64,000 bases of DNA from Eledone cirrhosa (Eukaryota). The position numbers and the translations under genes were made by a program. The stretch is from NCBI GenBank assembly GCA_964016885.1, contig OZ024740.1, positions 107,942,001 through 108,006,000 on the forward strand, written 5' to 3'. Numbering within the stretch: the stretch's first letter is position 1; each line of letters begins with the position of its first letter. The notes below the pieces were generated by a model that had not been told where the DNA came from, did not search any database, and saw nothing but the letters and a program-made list of their open reading frames with translations. Positions 13,271 through 28,040 of the stretch are shown here, one piece after another.

Positions 13271-14964
13271 ATCATCATCATCATCATCATTTAACGTCCA
13301 TGTTCCACGCTTGCATGGGTTTGGACGGGAGTTTTCCCACTTGAGGCAAGAGTGGTTGTCTTGCTCGCATAGGACTGTCTGGCGGGTTTTCTACAGCTGG
13401 ATGCCCTTCCTAACACCAACCACATTTACAGTGTGGGACTGGGAGGTTTTTACCGTGTTGCCTACAAGGCCACATTACAGCGTGGACTGTGTGTTTTTTT
13501 GTCGTGACACCTACACAATCTCATTTGTTTCGGCCTGGATGTTGTGGCACCAACATAACTTTACATTGAAAGAGGCGGTGTGGATGGGGTGGGGGTGGTG
13601 GGACGGGGTGTATTTTATTAGAGCTGCCTACTGACTGTAGTAGGTTTTACTTTGTATTTAGGTAAGGCGGGTCTTCTCTATTACTGAGTGCCGCCAAAGA
13701 TCTCGGTCCAGTGACATTGTCTTGGAGAGGTGTAAGTGTGTGAGGTCGGAGTTTATCAGGTCGTCCCAGGTTTTTCTGGGTCTGCCTACTCCGTGGCTAC
13801 CGTCTATCTTTATTGCCCTGCACTTTTTTATACAGCTGTCGTCTTTCATGCGCATTACGTGACCATACCAACATAGCCTTCTCTCGAGTAAACAACATCT
13901 GATCCCTCTTACTTCTAATTTTTTCCTTAGTTCGTTTATGCTTTGCCGTTCACGTATATTACTATTACACATCCAGCAGAGCATGCAAGCTTCATTCGTC
14001 TCTAGTCTGCGTATATCCTCTGCACACAATGCCCAGGTCTCACTGCCATGCAACATTGCTGTTCGTATGCAGGCATCATACAGCCTGCATTTCATTTTTA
14101 GGGAGAGCCCTTTAGCGGCTAATAGTGGTATAAGCTCTCTGAACTTTTTCCATCCAGTTCTGATTCTAGCTACTGTACTTTCAGAGCACCCTCCCCCACT
14201 GCTGATTTTGTCACCCAGGTAACGGAAGCTGTCCACTATTTCTATAGAACCATCTGTGCAATGGAATGAGCTAGTATTCTGTGGGCACTTGCTGCTACTT
14301 ATTGCACCAGAGCACCGGCCACATGTAAAATCTATGTTCTTAGTTAGCTTACCTATGATCCCACTACATCTTTTATGCACCCATACTTTGCATTTGGGAC
14401 ATAAAATGGAGTTTCTACGCCTTTCCTACACACTGAGCATGGCCATTTCCCGGATGGGCCTGCTGCCCTATTTTCCTTCCTACAAACTAGAACTTTAGTC
14501 TTAGACATGTTAATTTTAAGGCCTTTTGATTCTAGGCCTTGCTTCCATGTTTGGAATTTCTTCTCTAATTCGACATTGATTCAGCTATGAGTGTTAGATC
14601 ATCAGCGTATAAGAGTTCTCATAGGCAGCCGGTCTTGAACTCCACTGTTATAGCCTGAAGGGTAATAATAATAGTAGGGGGCTAAGAACGGAGCCCTGAT
14701 GAACACCAACGTTTACGCTAAACTCTTCACTATATTCGTTGTTAATTCTAACCTTGCTGACTGTTTCTTTATACATGGCTTGTATAGCTCTCACAAGCCA
14801 TTCATCAACACCTAGTTTTCTAAGAGCCCACCAGATAATGGAACGGGGGTCTCTGTCGAAGGCTTTCTCCAAGTCGACGAAAGCTAAGTATAGGGGTTTA
14901 CTTTTAGCTAGGTACTTCTCCTGTAGTTGTCGTACAATGAAAAGAGCGTCTGTGGTACTTTTGC
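13271..14964 (-). mobile_element. RTE LINE, 5'-truncated and frameshifted (subfamily A)
   Basis: RT fragments in ORFs 13658-14380 and 14648-14964; 3' UTR and tail present. Confidence 0.95.
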
Positions 14965-15082
14965 ATATATACATATAGATATATATATACATATATACAT
15001 ATAGATATATATACACATATATATATATAGATATATATATACATATATATCTATAGATATATATATACATATATATATATAG

Positions 15083-15154
<72 letters not shown>

Positions 15155-15504
15155 TTTCATTTCATTTTTTCATTTTCATTTCATTTTACGTCCACTTTTC
15201 CCTGCTTGCAAGGGTGGGACGGGAACTTATTCTGGCTTGATTTCTACAGCTGGATGCCCTTCCTAACACCAACCTCATTTACAGTGAGTGCTGGGTGCTT
15301 TTTGTCGTGGCACCTCCACGACCACTTTGCAGTGGAATGATAGGGACCCCAGTCCCTATCATCTCATTTCTACAGCTGAGTAAACTGGAGCAATGTTGAA
15401 ATAAAGTGTCTTGCTCAAGGAAACAACACATGACCCAGTCTGAGAATTGAACTCACAACCTTTCGATTGCAAGGCCAATGCTCTAACCACTAAGCCATGT
15501 GCCT

Positions 15505-15506
<2 letters not shown>
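15155..15506 (-). mobile_element. tRNA-derived CORE-type SINE with RTE tail
   Basis: Copy of 4587-4926, with an (ATGAAA)n-like tail. Confidence 0.85.
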
Positions 15507-15557
<51 letters not shown>

Positions 15558-15806
15558 GATATATACATACATAATATATATATATATATATATATACATA
15601 TAGATACATAATATATATATATTTTCCATTTATCTGAGGGTTCTAAACCCCGTTATCAAGCTAAAATTCCTTTAGTCAAAAATACGGTGAAAGCTATATA
15701 TTTTCTAATTTCAAACTCGCTCACTGTTTCAAAACATACTTACTTGATATATATAGATATATACATATAGATATATACATACATATATACATACATATAC
15801 ATACAC

Positions 15807-15841
<35 letters not shown>

Positions 15842-15868
15842 CATATAGATATATACATACATATACAT

Positions 15869-15905
<37 letters not shown>

Positions 15906-15962
15906 TAAAAAAATAATGAATAAAACAATGAAACAGTTCCTTATATTAAACAAAAAAAGTTC

Positions 15963-16110
15963 ATTATTTAACGATCGTTTCTAGGATATATATGTGTTAG
16001 AATTGGCATGCATATTCAACAGATCTATGTACAAAATTATACAAAATTATACAAACTATCAAAATTAAATATACATACCAACACATATATATGCCGTCTT
16101 CAGAAATAAT
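15963..16110 (-). ncRNA. Type I hammerhead ribozyme with long helix II
   Basis: AUUAUUU-CUGAAGA-long stem-GAAA-CGAUCG-UU-AAAUAAU. Confidence 0.7.
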
Positions 16111-16250
16111 TTCTGAAGACGGCATATATATGTGTTGGTATGTATATTTAATTTTGATAGTTTGTATAATTTTGTATAATTTTGTACATAGATCTGTTGA
16201 ATATGCATGCCAATTCTAACACATATATATCCTAGAAACGATCGTTAAAT
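16109..16250 (+). ncRNA. Type I hammerhead ribozyme with long helix II
   Basis: AUUU-CUGAAGA-C-GG(C)AUAUAUAUGUGUUGG...CUAACACAUAUAUAUCC-UA-GAAA-CGAUCG-UU-AAAU. Confidence 0.65.
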
Positions 16251-16606
16251 AATGAACTTTTTCTGTTTAATATAAGGAACTGTTTCATTGTTTTATTCAT
16301 TATTTTTTTTATATTTTATCTTGACTCTGCATTCCGTTTATCTTTCACCGAAAGTGATTTTTCATTGCATCTCTTCTTTCCATGATATCCGGATTACATT
16401 GAGTTCTTCATACGGATTGGACACTACCGTAAACTCTTGGTAGATTTATCTACATATATATATATATATACACATATAGATATATACATACATATATATA
16501 TATATATATATACATATAGATATATACATACATATATATATATACATATAGATATATACATACATATATATATATACATATAGTTATATACATACATATA
16601 GATATA

Positions 16607-16658
<52 letters not shown>

Positions 16659-16697
16659 TATATATATATATATGTATACATATATATATATGTATAC

Positions 16698-16753
<56 letters not shown>

Positions 16754-16798
16754 ACATATGTGTATATATATATATACATATATATATATGTATACATA

Positions 16799-16831
<33 letters not shown>

Positions 16832-17328
16832 TTATTATTTATTAAAATAACAGATTAAAGTTTAAACAAAGAATCGCTACTTTCACCCTTAACGGGATCT
16901 TCTGAAACTAACAAAGTCAATCTGTAAACGCAGAAGTGGATATTTCAAAAAATGTTGCAACCGGAGGAAGACAGGAAGACGATACTTTGGTTTGTGGCAA
17001 AGAACGGGAAAAAACGAATATAATACGTCATTAATAGGAGCGGTGAAAAACAATTACGCGCAAAGACAGAACCACGTTTATGGTATAAAAGAGGTCGTAG
17101 ACTAATGTTCTCTTAGCTGGTTCATAGAGACGTTCTCTGGCAATGAACGAAAAAAATGAAGATAGTACGTCATATGTGGAGCTTGGAGAACAATTGCACG
17201 CAAAGACAAAACCACGTAAATGGTATGGCAGAAGTCGTAGACTAAAATTCTAACTAGGAGACCGAATGAATCTCCGCTTCAGAGTTAAGAACAAAGTAAA
17301 TAAATACAATACAGAGGTAATAGAAATT
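16832..17328 (-). mobile_element. PLE 3' end / pseudo-LTR
   Basis: Contains an HHR-like motif and a diverged tandem duplication (~16996-17105 / 17139-17246); TA-flanked. Confidence 0.65.
16859..16909 (-). ncRNA. Type I hammerhead-like motif, variant core CAGAAGA
   Basis: AGUUU-CAGAAGA-U-CCC/GGG-U-GAAA-GUAG/UUGU-UU-AAACU. Confidence 0.55.
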
Positions 17329-17352
17329 ATATATATATACATATATATATAC

Positions 17353-17390
<38 letters not shown>

Positions 17391-17498
17391 ATATTTACAT
17401 ATATATACATATATATATTTACATATATATACATATATATATTTACATATATATATATATATACATATATATACATATATATTTACATATATATATAC

Positions 17499-17531
<33 letters not shown>

Positions 17532-17818
17532 CATACATATATATATATACATATATATATATATTGTTATACTTGGGGAGGGTCATATTTGTGTAATATT
17601 GCCAGAATTAATAACAGAACACACTCACTGTTTGGTTGGTTTTCGCTTTTCGCTTCTGTGTTTTTTATATCGATAATCTAATTTATTCGGTTCTCAATGT
17701 TGCCATTGACTAACCGATGGTCAAAAATAATACAGATACAATATAGACACAAACACATATATATAGTTTATCATAAATCTTTCGTTTTGGGGGGAACTAA
17801 AAGGACGAAAAAAACGGG

Positions 17819-18017
17819 TCAGTACTATACGAACATGCTTGACAACAACATGACGGTAACATATACAACATAGAAATTAGAATAATATCTAAACATAGAA
17901 ATGACCCAGCAGATAGGCAAATCAGAGAGGCCAGTGAAATAGAACTTAGAAGGCCAAGACTAAACAGGAAGAATGAATGGAATAACAACAACACCCAAAC
18001 AAACAACACTGACCTAA
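17819..18017 (+). pseudogene. C-terminal fragment of PLE GIY-YIG endonuclease (Nematis-like)
   Basis: Manual translation SVLYEHA*QQHDGNIYNIEIRIISKHRNDPADRQIREASEIELRRPRLNRKNEWNN...; motifs SxLxxH..H and RQIxEAxxI..LNxKxEW. Confidence 0.75.
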
Positions 18018-18269
18018 GAGAAGTATAAATAAATAAATAAATAGATAAATAAATAAATAAATACATACACAAGCACAATAACAACAAACACATATAAACA
18101 CACACTAGTCACCCAATCACGAACACACATCAAACAAAACACTATACACACACGCAAACGCATGCGCAAAGAAGACAAAATAAAATAAACAAACAAGCAA
18201 ATAAATAAATAAATATATAGACAGACTAAATAAAAATGGCGTAGACATACAATGCAACGGGATGAAACA

Positions 18270-18324
18270 ATAGCACCACTGATGATGTTGCAGATGTGCA
18301 ACGAAAGATTTATCATAAGCTATA
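18270..18324 (+). ncRNA. Partial hammerhead-like motif
   Basis: CUGAUGA-U-GUUGCA/UGCAAC-GAAA-GAU/AUC; the cleavage triplet and helix I are imperfect. Confidence 0.4.
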
Positions 18325-18380
18325 TATATGTGTTTGTGTCTATATTGTATCTGTATTATTAAACAAAGAAAGGAATCCCC

Positions 18381-18425
18381 AGTCACTGAAGAGGTCACAG
18401 AGTGTGTGACGAAAGAACTATGACT
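18381..18425 (+). ncRNA. Minimal type I hammerhead ribozyme
   Basis: AGUCA-CUGAAGA-G-GUCACA/UGUGAC-GAAA-GAAC-UA-UGACU. Confidence 0.75.
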
Positions 18426-18619
18426 ATATATAAACAACTATCTGGTTGTGGAACCAACCAACCAACCAGAAATTTGTAAATTTATAAATATATAATAAAT
18501 TGAAGTGAAAGCAACTGGTGCGTGTGTTTCTTATTGGCAACAAGACCCTCCCGAAGTATAACAATACATATATATATATATATATATACATATATATACA
18601 TATATATATATATACATAC

Positions 18620-18670
<51 letters not shown>

Positions 18671-18768
18671 CATATATATACATATACATATATATATATA
18701 TACATATATATACATATATATATATATATACATATATATATACATATATATATATATATACATATATA

Positions 18769-19030
18769 TCATCATCATCATCATCAACGTTTAACGTCCG
18801 TGTTCCACGCTTGCATGGGTTTGGACGGGGGTTTTCCCACTTGAGGCAAGAGTGATTGTCTTGCTCGCATAGGACTGTCTGGCGGGTTTTCTACAGCTGG
18901 ATGCCCTTCCTAACACCAACCACATTTACAGTGTGGGGCTGGGAGGTTTTTACCGTGTTACCTACACGGCCACATTAAGGTGTGGACTGTCTGGCAGGTT
19001 TTCTACGGCTGGATGCCCTTCCTAACACCA

Positions 19031-19031
<1 letters not shown>
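18769..19031 (-). mobile_element. RTE 3' UTR fragment with internal duplication
   Basis: Matches subfamily A 3' end; 'ggactgtctggc..ggatgcccttcctaacaccaa' occurs twice. Confidence 0.9.
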
Positions 19032-19100
<69 letters not shown>

Positions 19101-19111
19101 CATATATATAC

Positions 19112-19244
<133 letters not shown>

Positions 19245-19273
19245 CATACATATATATATATACATATATATAC

Positions 19274-19324
<51 letters not shown>

Positions 19325-19365
19325 CATATATATATATACATATATATATATACATATATATATAC

Positions 19366-19396
<31 letters not shown>

Positions 19397-19465
19397 CATA
19401 TATATATACATATATATATATATATACATATATATACATATATATATATATATACATATATATAC

Positions 19466-19568
<103 letters not shown>

Positions 19569-19795
19569 CATATATATACATATATATATTTCGTTTCTGA
19601 ATTTGTTTAGCACGATTCATTATCTGAAATCGTGTGTTGAAACCGATATTGTTATACTTTGGGAGGGTCATGTTGCCAATAAGAAACACACGCACCAGTT
19701 GCTTTCACTTCAATTTATTATATATTTATAAATTTACAAATTAATAAATTTCTGGTTGGTTGGTTGGTTCCACAACCAGATAGTTGTTTATATAT

Positions 19796-19840
19796 AGTCA
19801 TAGTTCTTTCGTCACACACTCTGTGACCTCTTCAGTGACT
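19796..19840 (-). ncRNA. Minimal type I hammerhead ribozyme
   Basis: Same sequence as 18381-18425. Confidence 0.75.
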
Positions 19841-19947
19841 GGGGATTCCTTTCTTTGTTTCTGTGCCTCTCCTTTGTTCTGTCCTCAGAAACAAAATGGC
19901 GTAGGACAGAACAAAGGAGAGGCACAGAAACAAAGAAAGGAATCCCC

Positions 19948-19992
19948 AGTCACTGAAGAGGTCACAGAGTGTGTGACGAAAGAACTATGACT
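19948..19992 (+). ncRNA. Minimal type I hammerhead ribozyme
   Basis: Same sequence as 18381-18425. Confidence 0.75.
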
Positions 19993-20273
19993 ATATATAA
20001 ACAACTATCTGGTTGTGGAACCAACCAACCAACCAGAAATTTATAAATTTGTAAATTTATAAATATATAGTAAATTGAAGTGAAAGCAACTGGTGCGTGT
20101 GTTTCTTATTGGCAACATGACCCTCCCGAAGTATAACAATACATATATATATATATATATACATATATATACATATATATATATATATACATACATATAC
20201 ATATATATATATATACATACATATATATATATACATACATATATATATATATATACATATATACATATACATA

Positions 20274-20307
<34 letters not shown>

Positions 20308-20897
20308 CATACATACGTACATATATGTATATGTACGTATATATGTGTATATAGATGTGTATGTATGTGTATGTGTGTACACATGGACTAGAGTAAGTAT
20401 GTATATATGTGTGTGTCTATACGTGTGTATATAAAGATAAGTTGAGTATGAAAATGTATACACATGAGCGCGTATGTATGTACATGAATACATGTGTGTA
20501 TATATATGTGTATGCATGTGTATATATATGTAAGTATGAATATGTGAATTGTGAGTATATGTATTTTGTAGAGGTCTGCAAATATATTTGTGTGTGAATG
20601 CGTGGGTGAAAGGATACGTACACTTGAAAGAAAAATTTTAGTCTGAATGTTAATTAAGTGCAAACACAAAACCAACCACGCATATCTTTACTATCTCTAA
20701 TCCTTCTATAGATTTAGAAAAATAACCAATAATATATTCTATAAAAAATGTCAAAACAACAGATGGGAATCTAATTACTCACTGCCACCAAGAATTCTCA
20801 CTGCTATCGAAAAAACCACTCCTTCAACTATTCTTCTAACAACTTCACCCCTCCCTCCTAATATTCTCTATAAAAACTAAATAGGTCCTCAGTAATA

Positions 20898-21017
20898 TTA
20901 TTCTGATGAAATGACAGTAAATAATAACATTGAAATATTGAATGTCTGCATAACTAAAAGTTTGTAGATAGCAGCTGTTTTAGGTTATGTAACTGTTATA
21001 GAAACACGTGTCAATAA
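20898..21017 (+). ncRNA. Type I hammerhead ribozyme in a PLE 3' end (~20625-21054)
   Basis: UUAUU-CUGAUGA-A-AUGACAGU...ACUGUUAU-A-GAAA-CACGUG-UC-AAUAA; GUC triplet, palindromic helix III. Confidence 0.8.
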
Positions 21018-21054
21018 ATTCCTTTCAACTAAACTGTATCCATTCAAATCTTTC

Positions 21055-21077
21055 TATATATATATACATATATATAC

Positions 21078-21126
<49 letters not shown>

Positions 21127-21137
21127 CATATATATAC

Positions 21138-21170
<33 letters not shown>

Positions 21171-21721
21171 CATATATATACATATATATATATATACATA
21201 TATATACATATATATATACATATATATATACATATATACATATATATATATACATATATATATACACACATATATATATATACATATATATATATACATA
21301 TATATATATACATATATATATACACACATATATATATATACATATATATATACATATATATATACATATATATATATACATATATATATACATATATATA
21401 TACATATATATATATACATATATATATACATATATATATATATACATATATATATACATATATATATACATATATATATATATACATATATATATACATA
21501 TATATATACATATATATATACATATATATATATATACATATATATAGATATATATATACATATATATATATACATATATACATATATATATACATATATA
21601 TATATATATACACATATATATACATATATATAAACATATATATATACATATATATATATACATATACATATATATACATATATATATACATATATACATA
21701 TATATATACATATATATATAC

Positions 21722-21800
<79 letters not shown>

Positions 21801-21851
21801 TATACATATATATATATATACACATATATATATATACATATATATATATAC
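21055..21851. repeat. Degenerate (TA)n/(TACA) microsatellite
   Basis: Seen directly; similar tracts at 3860-4364, 19032-19587, 24191-25065, 27500-28379, 33157-33776, 38491-39136 and 39481-40506. Confidence 0.98.
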
Positions 21852-24190
21852 ATCATCATCATCATCATCATCATCAGGTTTAGCGTCCGTGTTCCACGCT
21901 TGCATGGGTTTGGACGGGGGTTTTCCCACTTGAGGCAAGAGTGGTTGTCTTGCTCGCATAGGACTGTCTGGCGGGTTTTCTACAGTTGGATGCCCTTCCT
22001 AACACCAACCACATTTACAGTGTGGGGCTGGGAGGTTTTTACCGTGTTGCCTACACGGCCACATTACAGCGTGGACTGTCTGGCGGGTTTTCTACAGCTG
22101 GATGCCCTTCCTAACACCAACCACATTTACAGTGTGGGGCTGGGAGGTTTTTACTGTGTTGCCTACACGGCCACATTTACAGCGTGGACTGTGTGTTTTT
22201 TTATCGTGACACCTACACGATCTCATTTGTTTCGGCCTGGATGTTGTGGCACCAACATAACTTTACATTGAAAGGGGCGGTGTGGATGGGGTGGAGGTGG
22301 TGGGACGGGGGGGTGTTTTGATAGAGATGCCTACTGACTGTAGTAGGTTTTTACTTTGTATTTAGGTAAGGCGTGTCTTCTCTATTACTGAGTACCGCCA
22401 AAGGTCTCGGTCCAGTGACATTGTCTTGGAGAGGTGTAAGCGTGTGAGGTCGGAATTTATCAGCTCGTCCCAGGTTTTTCTGGGTCTGCCTACTCCGTGG
22501 CTACCGTCTATCTTTATTGCCCTGCACTTTGTTATACAGCTGTCGTCTTTCATGCGCATCACGTGACCGTACCAACGTAGCCTTCTCTCGAGTAAACAAC
22601 ATCTGATCCCTCTTATTTCTAATTTTTTCCTTAGTTCGTTTATGCTTTGCCATTCACGTATATTACTATTGCACATCCAGCGGAGCATGCAAGCTTCATT
22701 CCTCTCTAGTCTGCGTATATCCTCTGCACACAATGCCCAGGTCTCACTGCCATGCAGCATTGCTGTTCGTATGCAGGCATCGTATAACCTGCCTTTCATT
22801 TTTAGACAGAACCCTCTAGCGGCTAATAGTGGTATAAGCTCTCTGAACTTTTTCCATCCAGTTCTGACTCTAGCTACTGTACTTTCAGAGCACCCTCCCC
22901 CACTGCTGATTTTGTCACCCTGGTAACGGAAGCTGTCCACTATTTCTATAGAACCCTCTGCGCAGTTGAAGGAGCTAGTATTTTGTGGGCACTTGCTGCT
23001 ACTTATTGCACCAGAGCACCGGCCACATGTAAAATCTATGTTCTTAGTTAGCTTACCTGTGATCCCACTACATCTTTTATGCACCCATACTTTGCATTTG
23101 GGACATAAAATGGAGTTTCTACCTACGCCTTTCCTACACACTGAGTATGGCCATTTCCCAGATGGGACTGCCGCCTTATTTTCTTTCCTACAAACTAGAA
23201 CTTTAGTCTTAGCCAGGTTAATTTTAAGGCCTTTTGATTCTAGGCCGTGCTTCCATGTTTGGAATTTCTTCTCTAGTTCGGTCATTGATTCAGCTATGAG
23301 CGTTAGATCATCTGCGTATAGGAGATCCCATGGGCAGCCGGTCTTGAACTCCTCTGTTATAGCCTGAAGGACAATAATAAATAGTAGGGTGCTAAGAACA
23401 GAGCCCTGCTGGACACCAACTTTTACGCTAAACTCTTCACTATATTCGTTGTTAATTCTAACCTTACTGACTGTTTCTTTATACATGGCTTGTATAGCTC
23501 TCACAAGCCATTCGTCAACACCTAGTTTTCTAAGAGACCACCAGATAATGGAACGGGGGACTCTGTCGAAGGTTTTCTCCAAGTCGACGAAAGCTAAGTA
23601 TAGGGGTTTACTTTTAGCTAGGTACTTCTCCTGTAGTTGTCGTACAATGAAAAGAGCGTCTGTGGTACTTTTGCCTGACACAAACCCGAACTGCATTTCA
23701 TCTAGATCAATTCTCTCTCTGATTAGTTGCGCTATTACTTTTTCCGTGACCTTCATGACCTGGTCGATTAATTTAATGCCTCTATAGTTACTCCTATCTA
23801 GGGCATCTCCTTTTCCCTTATAGCAGTTAACGATGATGCTGCTACGCCAGTCCTTCGGAACAACCCCATTCTGTACGACTTGGTTAACTATCCGGGTGAC
23901 CATGGTGTGTCCCACCGAACCAGATGCCTTCAGCATCTCAGCAACTATTTCCGAAGGACCAGCCGCCTTACCCGTCTTCATATCTTTGATTGCCTTGCTT
24001 ATTGTACTACCCTGGACTAACACTGCTGGTCCCTCTATTGGGTCGATGTGGGGGAGACTGTCTTTCTCCCATTTGTTCTCCTCATTTAGAAGCCTTTCGT
24101 AGTGACACTTCCAAGCTACCTTCTTATCAGCGTCGGTGATGGCAAGTATGCCATCATCGTTAAGTACACACTTCTCCCCGACAATATCAC
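21852..24190 (-). mobile_element. RTE LINE, 5'-truncated (subfamily A); remaining ORF 22362-24190 is open
   Basis: RT with YADD and PHD finger; 3' UTR has a ~111-bp tandem duplication; (ATG)n tail. Confidence 0.95.
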
Positions 24191-24197
24191 AATATAC

Positions 24198-24232
<35 letters not shown>

Positions 24233-24281
24233 CATATATATATACATATATATATACATACATATATATATATATACATAC

Positions 24282-24312
<31 letters not shown>

Positions 24313-24365
24313 CATACATATATATATACATATATATATATATATACATATATATATACATATAC

Positions 24366-24396
<31 letters not shown>

Positions 24397-24419
24397 CATA
24401 TATATACATATATATATAC

Positions 24420-24452
<33 letters not shown>

Positions 24453-24521
24453 CATATATATATACATATATATATATATACACATATATATATATATACA
24501 CATATATATATATATACACAC

Positions 24522-24616
<95 letters not shown>

Positions 24617-24619
24617 CAC

Positions 24620-24652
<33 letters not shown>

Positions 24653-24781
24653 CAGATATATCTATATACATATATATATACATATACATATATATCTATA
24701 TACATATATATCTATATACATATATATACATATATATATATATATATACATATACATAGATATACATACATATATATATAC

Positions 24782-24812
<31 letters not shown>

Positions 24813-24895
24813 CATATATATACATATATATATATACATATACATATATATATATACATATACATATATATACATATATACATATATATATATAC

Positions 24896-24954
<59 letters not shown>

Positions 24955-25017
24955 CATATATATACATATATATATATACATATATATACATATATACATA
25001 TATATATATACATATAC

Positions 25018-25058
<41 letters not shown>

Positions 25059-25065
25059 TATATAC

Positions 25066-27499
25066 TTCATCATCATCATCATCATTTTACGTCTGCCCTT
25101 CCCTGTTTGCAAGGGTGGGACGGGTCTTATTCAGCACAGCATCTCTCCACTCGTCACGGTCCCTCGTCATCTCCACCGTGAGCTTCAATGATCTGAGGTC
25201 TGTTCTCACTACCTCCGCCCATGTTTTTCGTGGTCTACCTCTACCACGTCTTCCTTCAACTGGCAATTTCTGGCACTTCTTCACTCATCGGTCAACCTCC
25301 ATGCGCATCACATGTCCATACCACCTAAGTCTCCTCTCCCGTACACTACATTCTATCCCTCTCAGACACAGTTTCTCTCTCAACATATTTATGCTGGGTC
25401 GTTCACGCACATTTACACTGCACATCCAACGGAGCATGCTTGCCTCATTTCTCTCCAGCCGTCGCATATCCTCTGCAGTTGCTGCCCATGTCTCACTACC
25501 ATGCAGCATCGCACTCCTCACACAGGCACCATACAACCGGCCTTTCGTACGCAGGGAGAAACCCTTCTTCATCAACAGAGGAAGCAGCTCCCTAAACTTC
25601 TTCCAACCCGTCCTTATTCTAGATACTATGGCCTCGGAACACCCTCCTCCCATGCTAATCTGATCTCCTAGGTACCGGAAGCTATCCACCACTTCTATAG
25701 CGCCCTCCTGCATTTGAAAAATGTGTCTATCAATGCGACTTCTACTGTCTAATTTCCCTGTACATCTACTGCATACATATTTCTCCCTACCTGTTAGTTT
25801 GCCTGCTATCCCGCTACATCTCTTGTGTACCCAGGATCTGCATTGTGTGCATTTTATAGAATTTATGCCAGTTCCTTTTCTGCATATCGAACATGGCCAT
25901 TTCCCTGACGGAATCAGGGTTTTGTCCTCTTTTCTACTCATCAACACTTTTGTCTTAGCTAGATTCACTCTCAGTCCTCTTGCTTCCAACTGCTGTTTCC
26001 ATAGCCAGAATTTATTCTCTAGCTCCTCTACTGATTCTGCTATAAGAACCAGATCGTCAGCATAGAGAAGTTCCCATGGACAGCCAGTCTTAAACTCCTC
26101 TGTTATGGCTTGGAGGACTATAATGAACAAGAGCGGGCTGAGGACCGAACCCTGATGTACTCCTACTTGTATCTGGAATTCCTCACTAAACTCCATTCCT
26201 ACCCTGACTTTACTGAGAGTACCTCTGTACAAAGTTTGCACCATCCTCACAAGCCATTCCTCAACACCTAGCTTCCTTAGGGACCACCAGATGACAGATC
26301 GGGGTACCCTATCAAAGGCCTTCTCTAGTTCAACAAAGGCTAAGTATAGTGGCTTCTTCTTCTCTAAGAACCTCTCTTGCAATTGTCTCACCAAGAAGAG
26401 GGCATCTGTTGTTCTCTTCCCAGGCACAAAACCAAACTGCATCTCATCTAGTTTGACCCTTTCTCTAATTAGTTGTGCCAAAATCCTTTCTGCCACTTTC
26501 ATAACCTGATCTATCAGTTTTATACCCCTATAATTGCTCCTCTCCAAAGCATCCCCTTTACCCTTGTAGCAATTTATGAGAATACTGCTGCACCAGTCTT
26601 TGGGTATGACATCACCATATATAGCCTGATTGATGATGCGTGCAACCAGTTTAGTGCCTACGTCCCCTGATGCCTTCAGCATCTCAGCAACTATTCCTGA
26701 TGGTCCGGCACCCTTACCATTTTTCATTTCCCTAATCGCCTCTTGGACCCTATATTCGTCAATCTCAATAGCTGGTCCCTCTGTCAGATCTACCAAGGTT
26801 AATTTCTGTCTCTCCCATTCGTTCTCCACATTCATCAGTCTCTCATAATGACATTTCCAGGCCTCCTTTTTCTGATAATTCGTGACACTAAGTACACCGG
26901 CATCATCCCGGACACATTTATCTCCAACAACATCCTGATTTGCATTGACACACTGCCTTGCAATGTGGAACGCCGCACGCCTCTGATCTTCCCATCGCAG
27001 AACATTGGCAAACCTCCTACTCTCTGCCTCCCTGCGTGCTAAGTACACCTGACGTCTAGCTTCTCTCTTAGTGGCTGTATATTCTTCCCTAATCCCACCC
27101 TTTTTCCAAGCCTTCCATGCTAGTCTTTTGTCTCTAATAGTATTATCTACTGTGCTGTTCCACCACCAGGCCACTCTCTGTCTGGTTGGAGCTCTGCTCC
27201 AGCCATAAGTTTCACCGGTAGCCTGCAGCAAGTTGTCACGTAAGAATTTCCAGTTATTATCTATGTCATACGTCTCTAAATCGTCTTCTTTTTCGTCATA
27301 CACATCTTGAAGGGCTTTCCTAAGTTTGTATTTTAGTGAAAGGTCTTTTAGCTTCCAGACCTTTCTTCTCCACACCTTCCTATATGCCTCATTCCATCTC
27401 TTGCTTACTGAGATATCACGAACAACTAACCTATGCTGTGGGGTACATTCTTCCCCAGGGTATGCCTTGGTATTAGACACTATCTGCCTGTCCCGCTGC
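25066..27499 (-). mobile_element. RTE LINE, 5'-truncated (subfamily B); premature stop at 25285
   Basis: Diverged RT with YADD and PHD finger; very short 3' UTR ending 'gacgtaaa(atg)n'. Confidence 0.95.
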
Positions 27500-27725
27500 A
27501 TATATATATGCATATATATATATACATATATATATATACATATATATATACATATATATATATATGCATATATATATATATGCATATATATATATATATA
27601 TGCATATATATATATATATATATGCATATATATATATATATATATGCATATATATATATATGCATATATATATATATATGCATATATATATATATATGCA
27701 TATATATATATATACATATATATAC

Positions 27726-27954
<229 letters not shown>

Positions 27955-27988
27955 CATATATATATACATATATATATATATACATACA

Positions 27989-28040
<52 letters not shown>

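Larger units (their letters stand above)
15897..16452. mobile_element. Palindromic PLE end (centre 16108, arms ~210 bp, right-hand extension)
   Basis: 'gccgtcttcagaaat-a-atttctgaagacggc' at the centre; arms nearly perfect. Confidence 0.8.
17562..18565 (+). mobile_element. Composite PLE with inverted ends, endonuclease fragment and two HHR motifs
   Basis: Ends 'attgttatactt..gggagggtc' and 'gaccctcccgaagtataacaat'; inner inverted repeat 17726-17786 / 18300-18360. Confidence 0.75.
19588..20140. mobile_element. Palindromic PLE pseudo-LTR element
   Basis: Arms ~19648-19885 / 19903-20140, 17-nt spacer, ~60-bp left extension. Confidence 0.85.

Noticed and set aside
15622-15746. Hammerhead-like CTGAGGG...CCGT/ACGG-T-GAAAGCTA
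   Set aside because: Core mismatch and no helix I; at most a decayed PLE end.
17840-17842. In-frame TGA as selenocysteine (reported for some Naiad PLEs)
   Set aside because: Not at a Cys-like position, explained by CGA-to-TGA decay, and no SECIS recognised here or after 37677.
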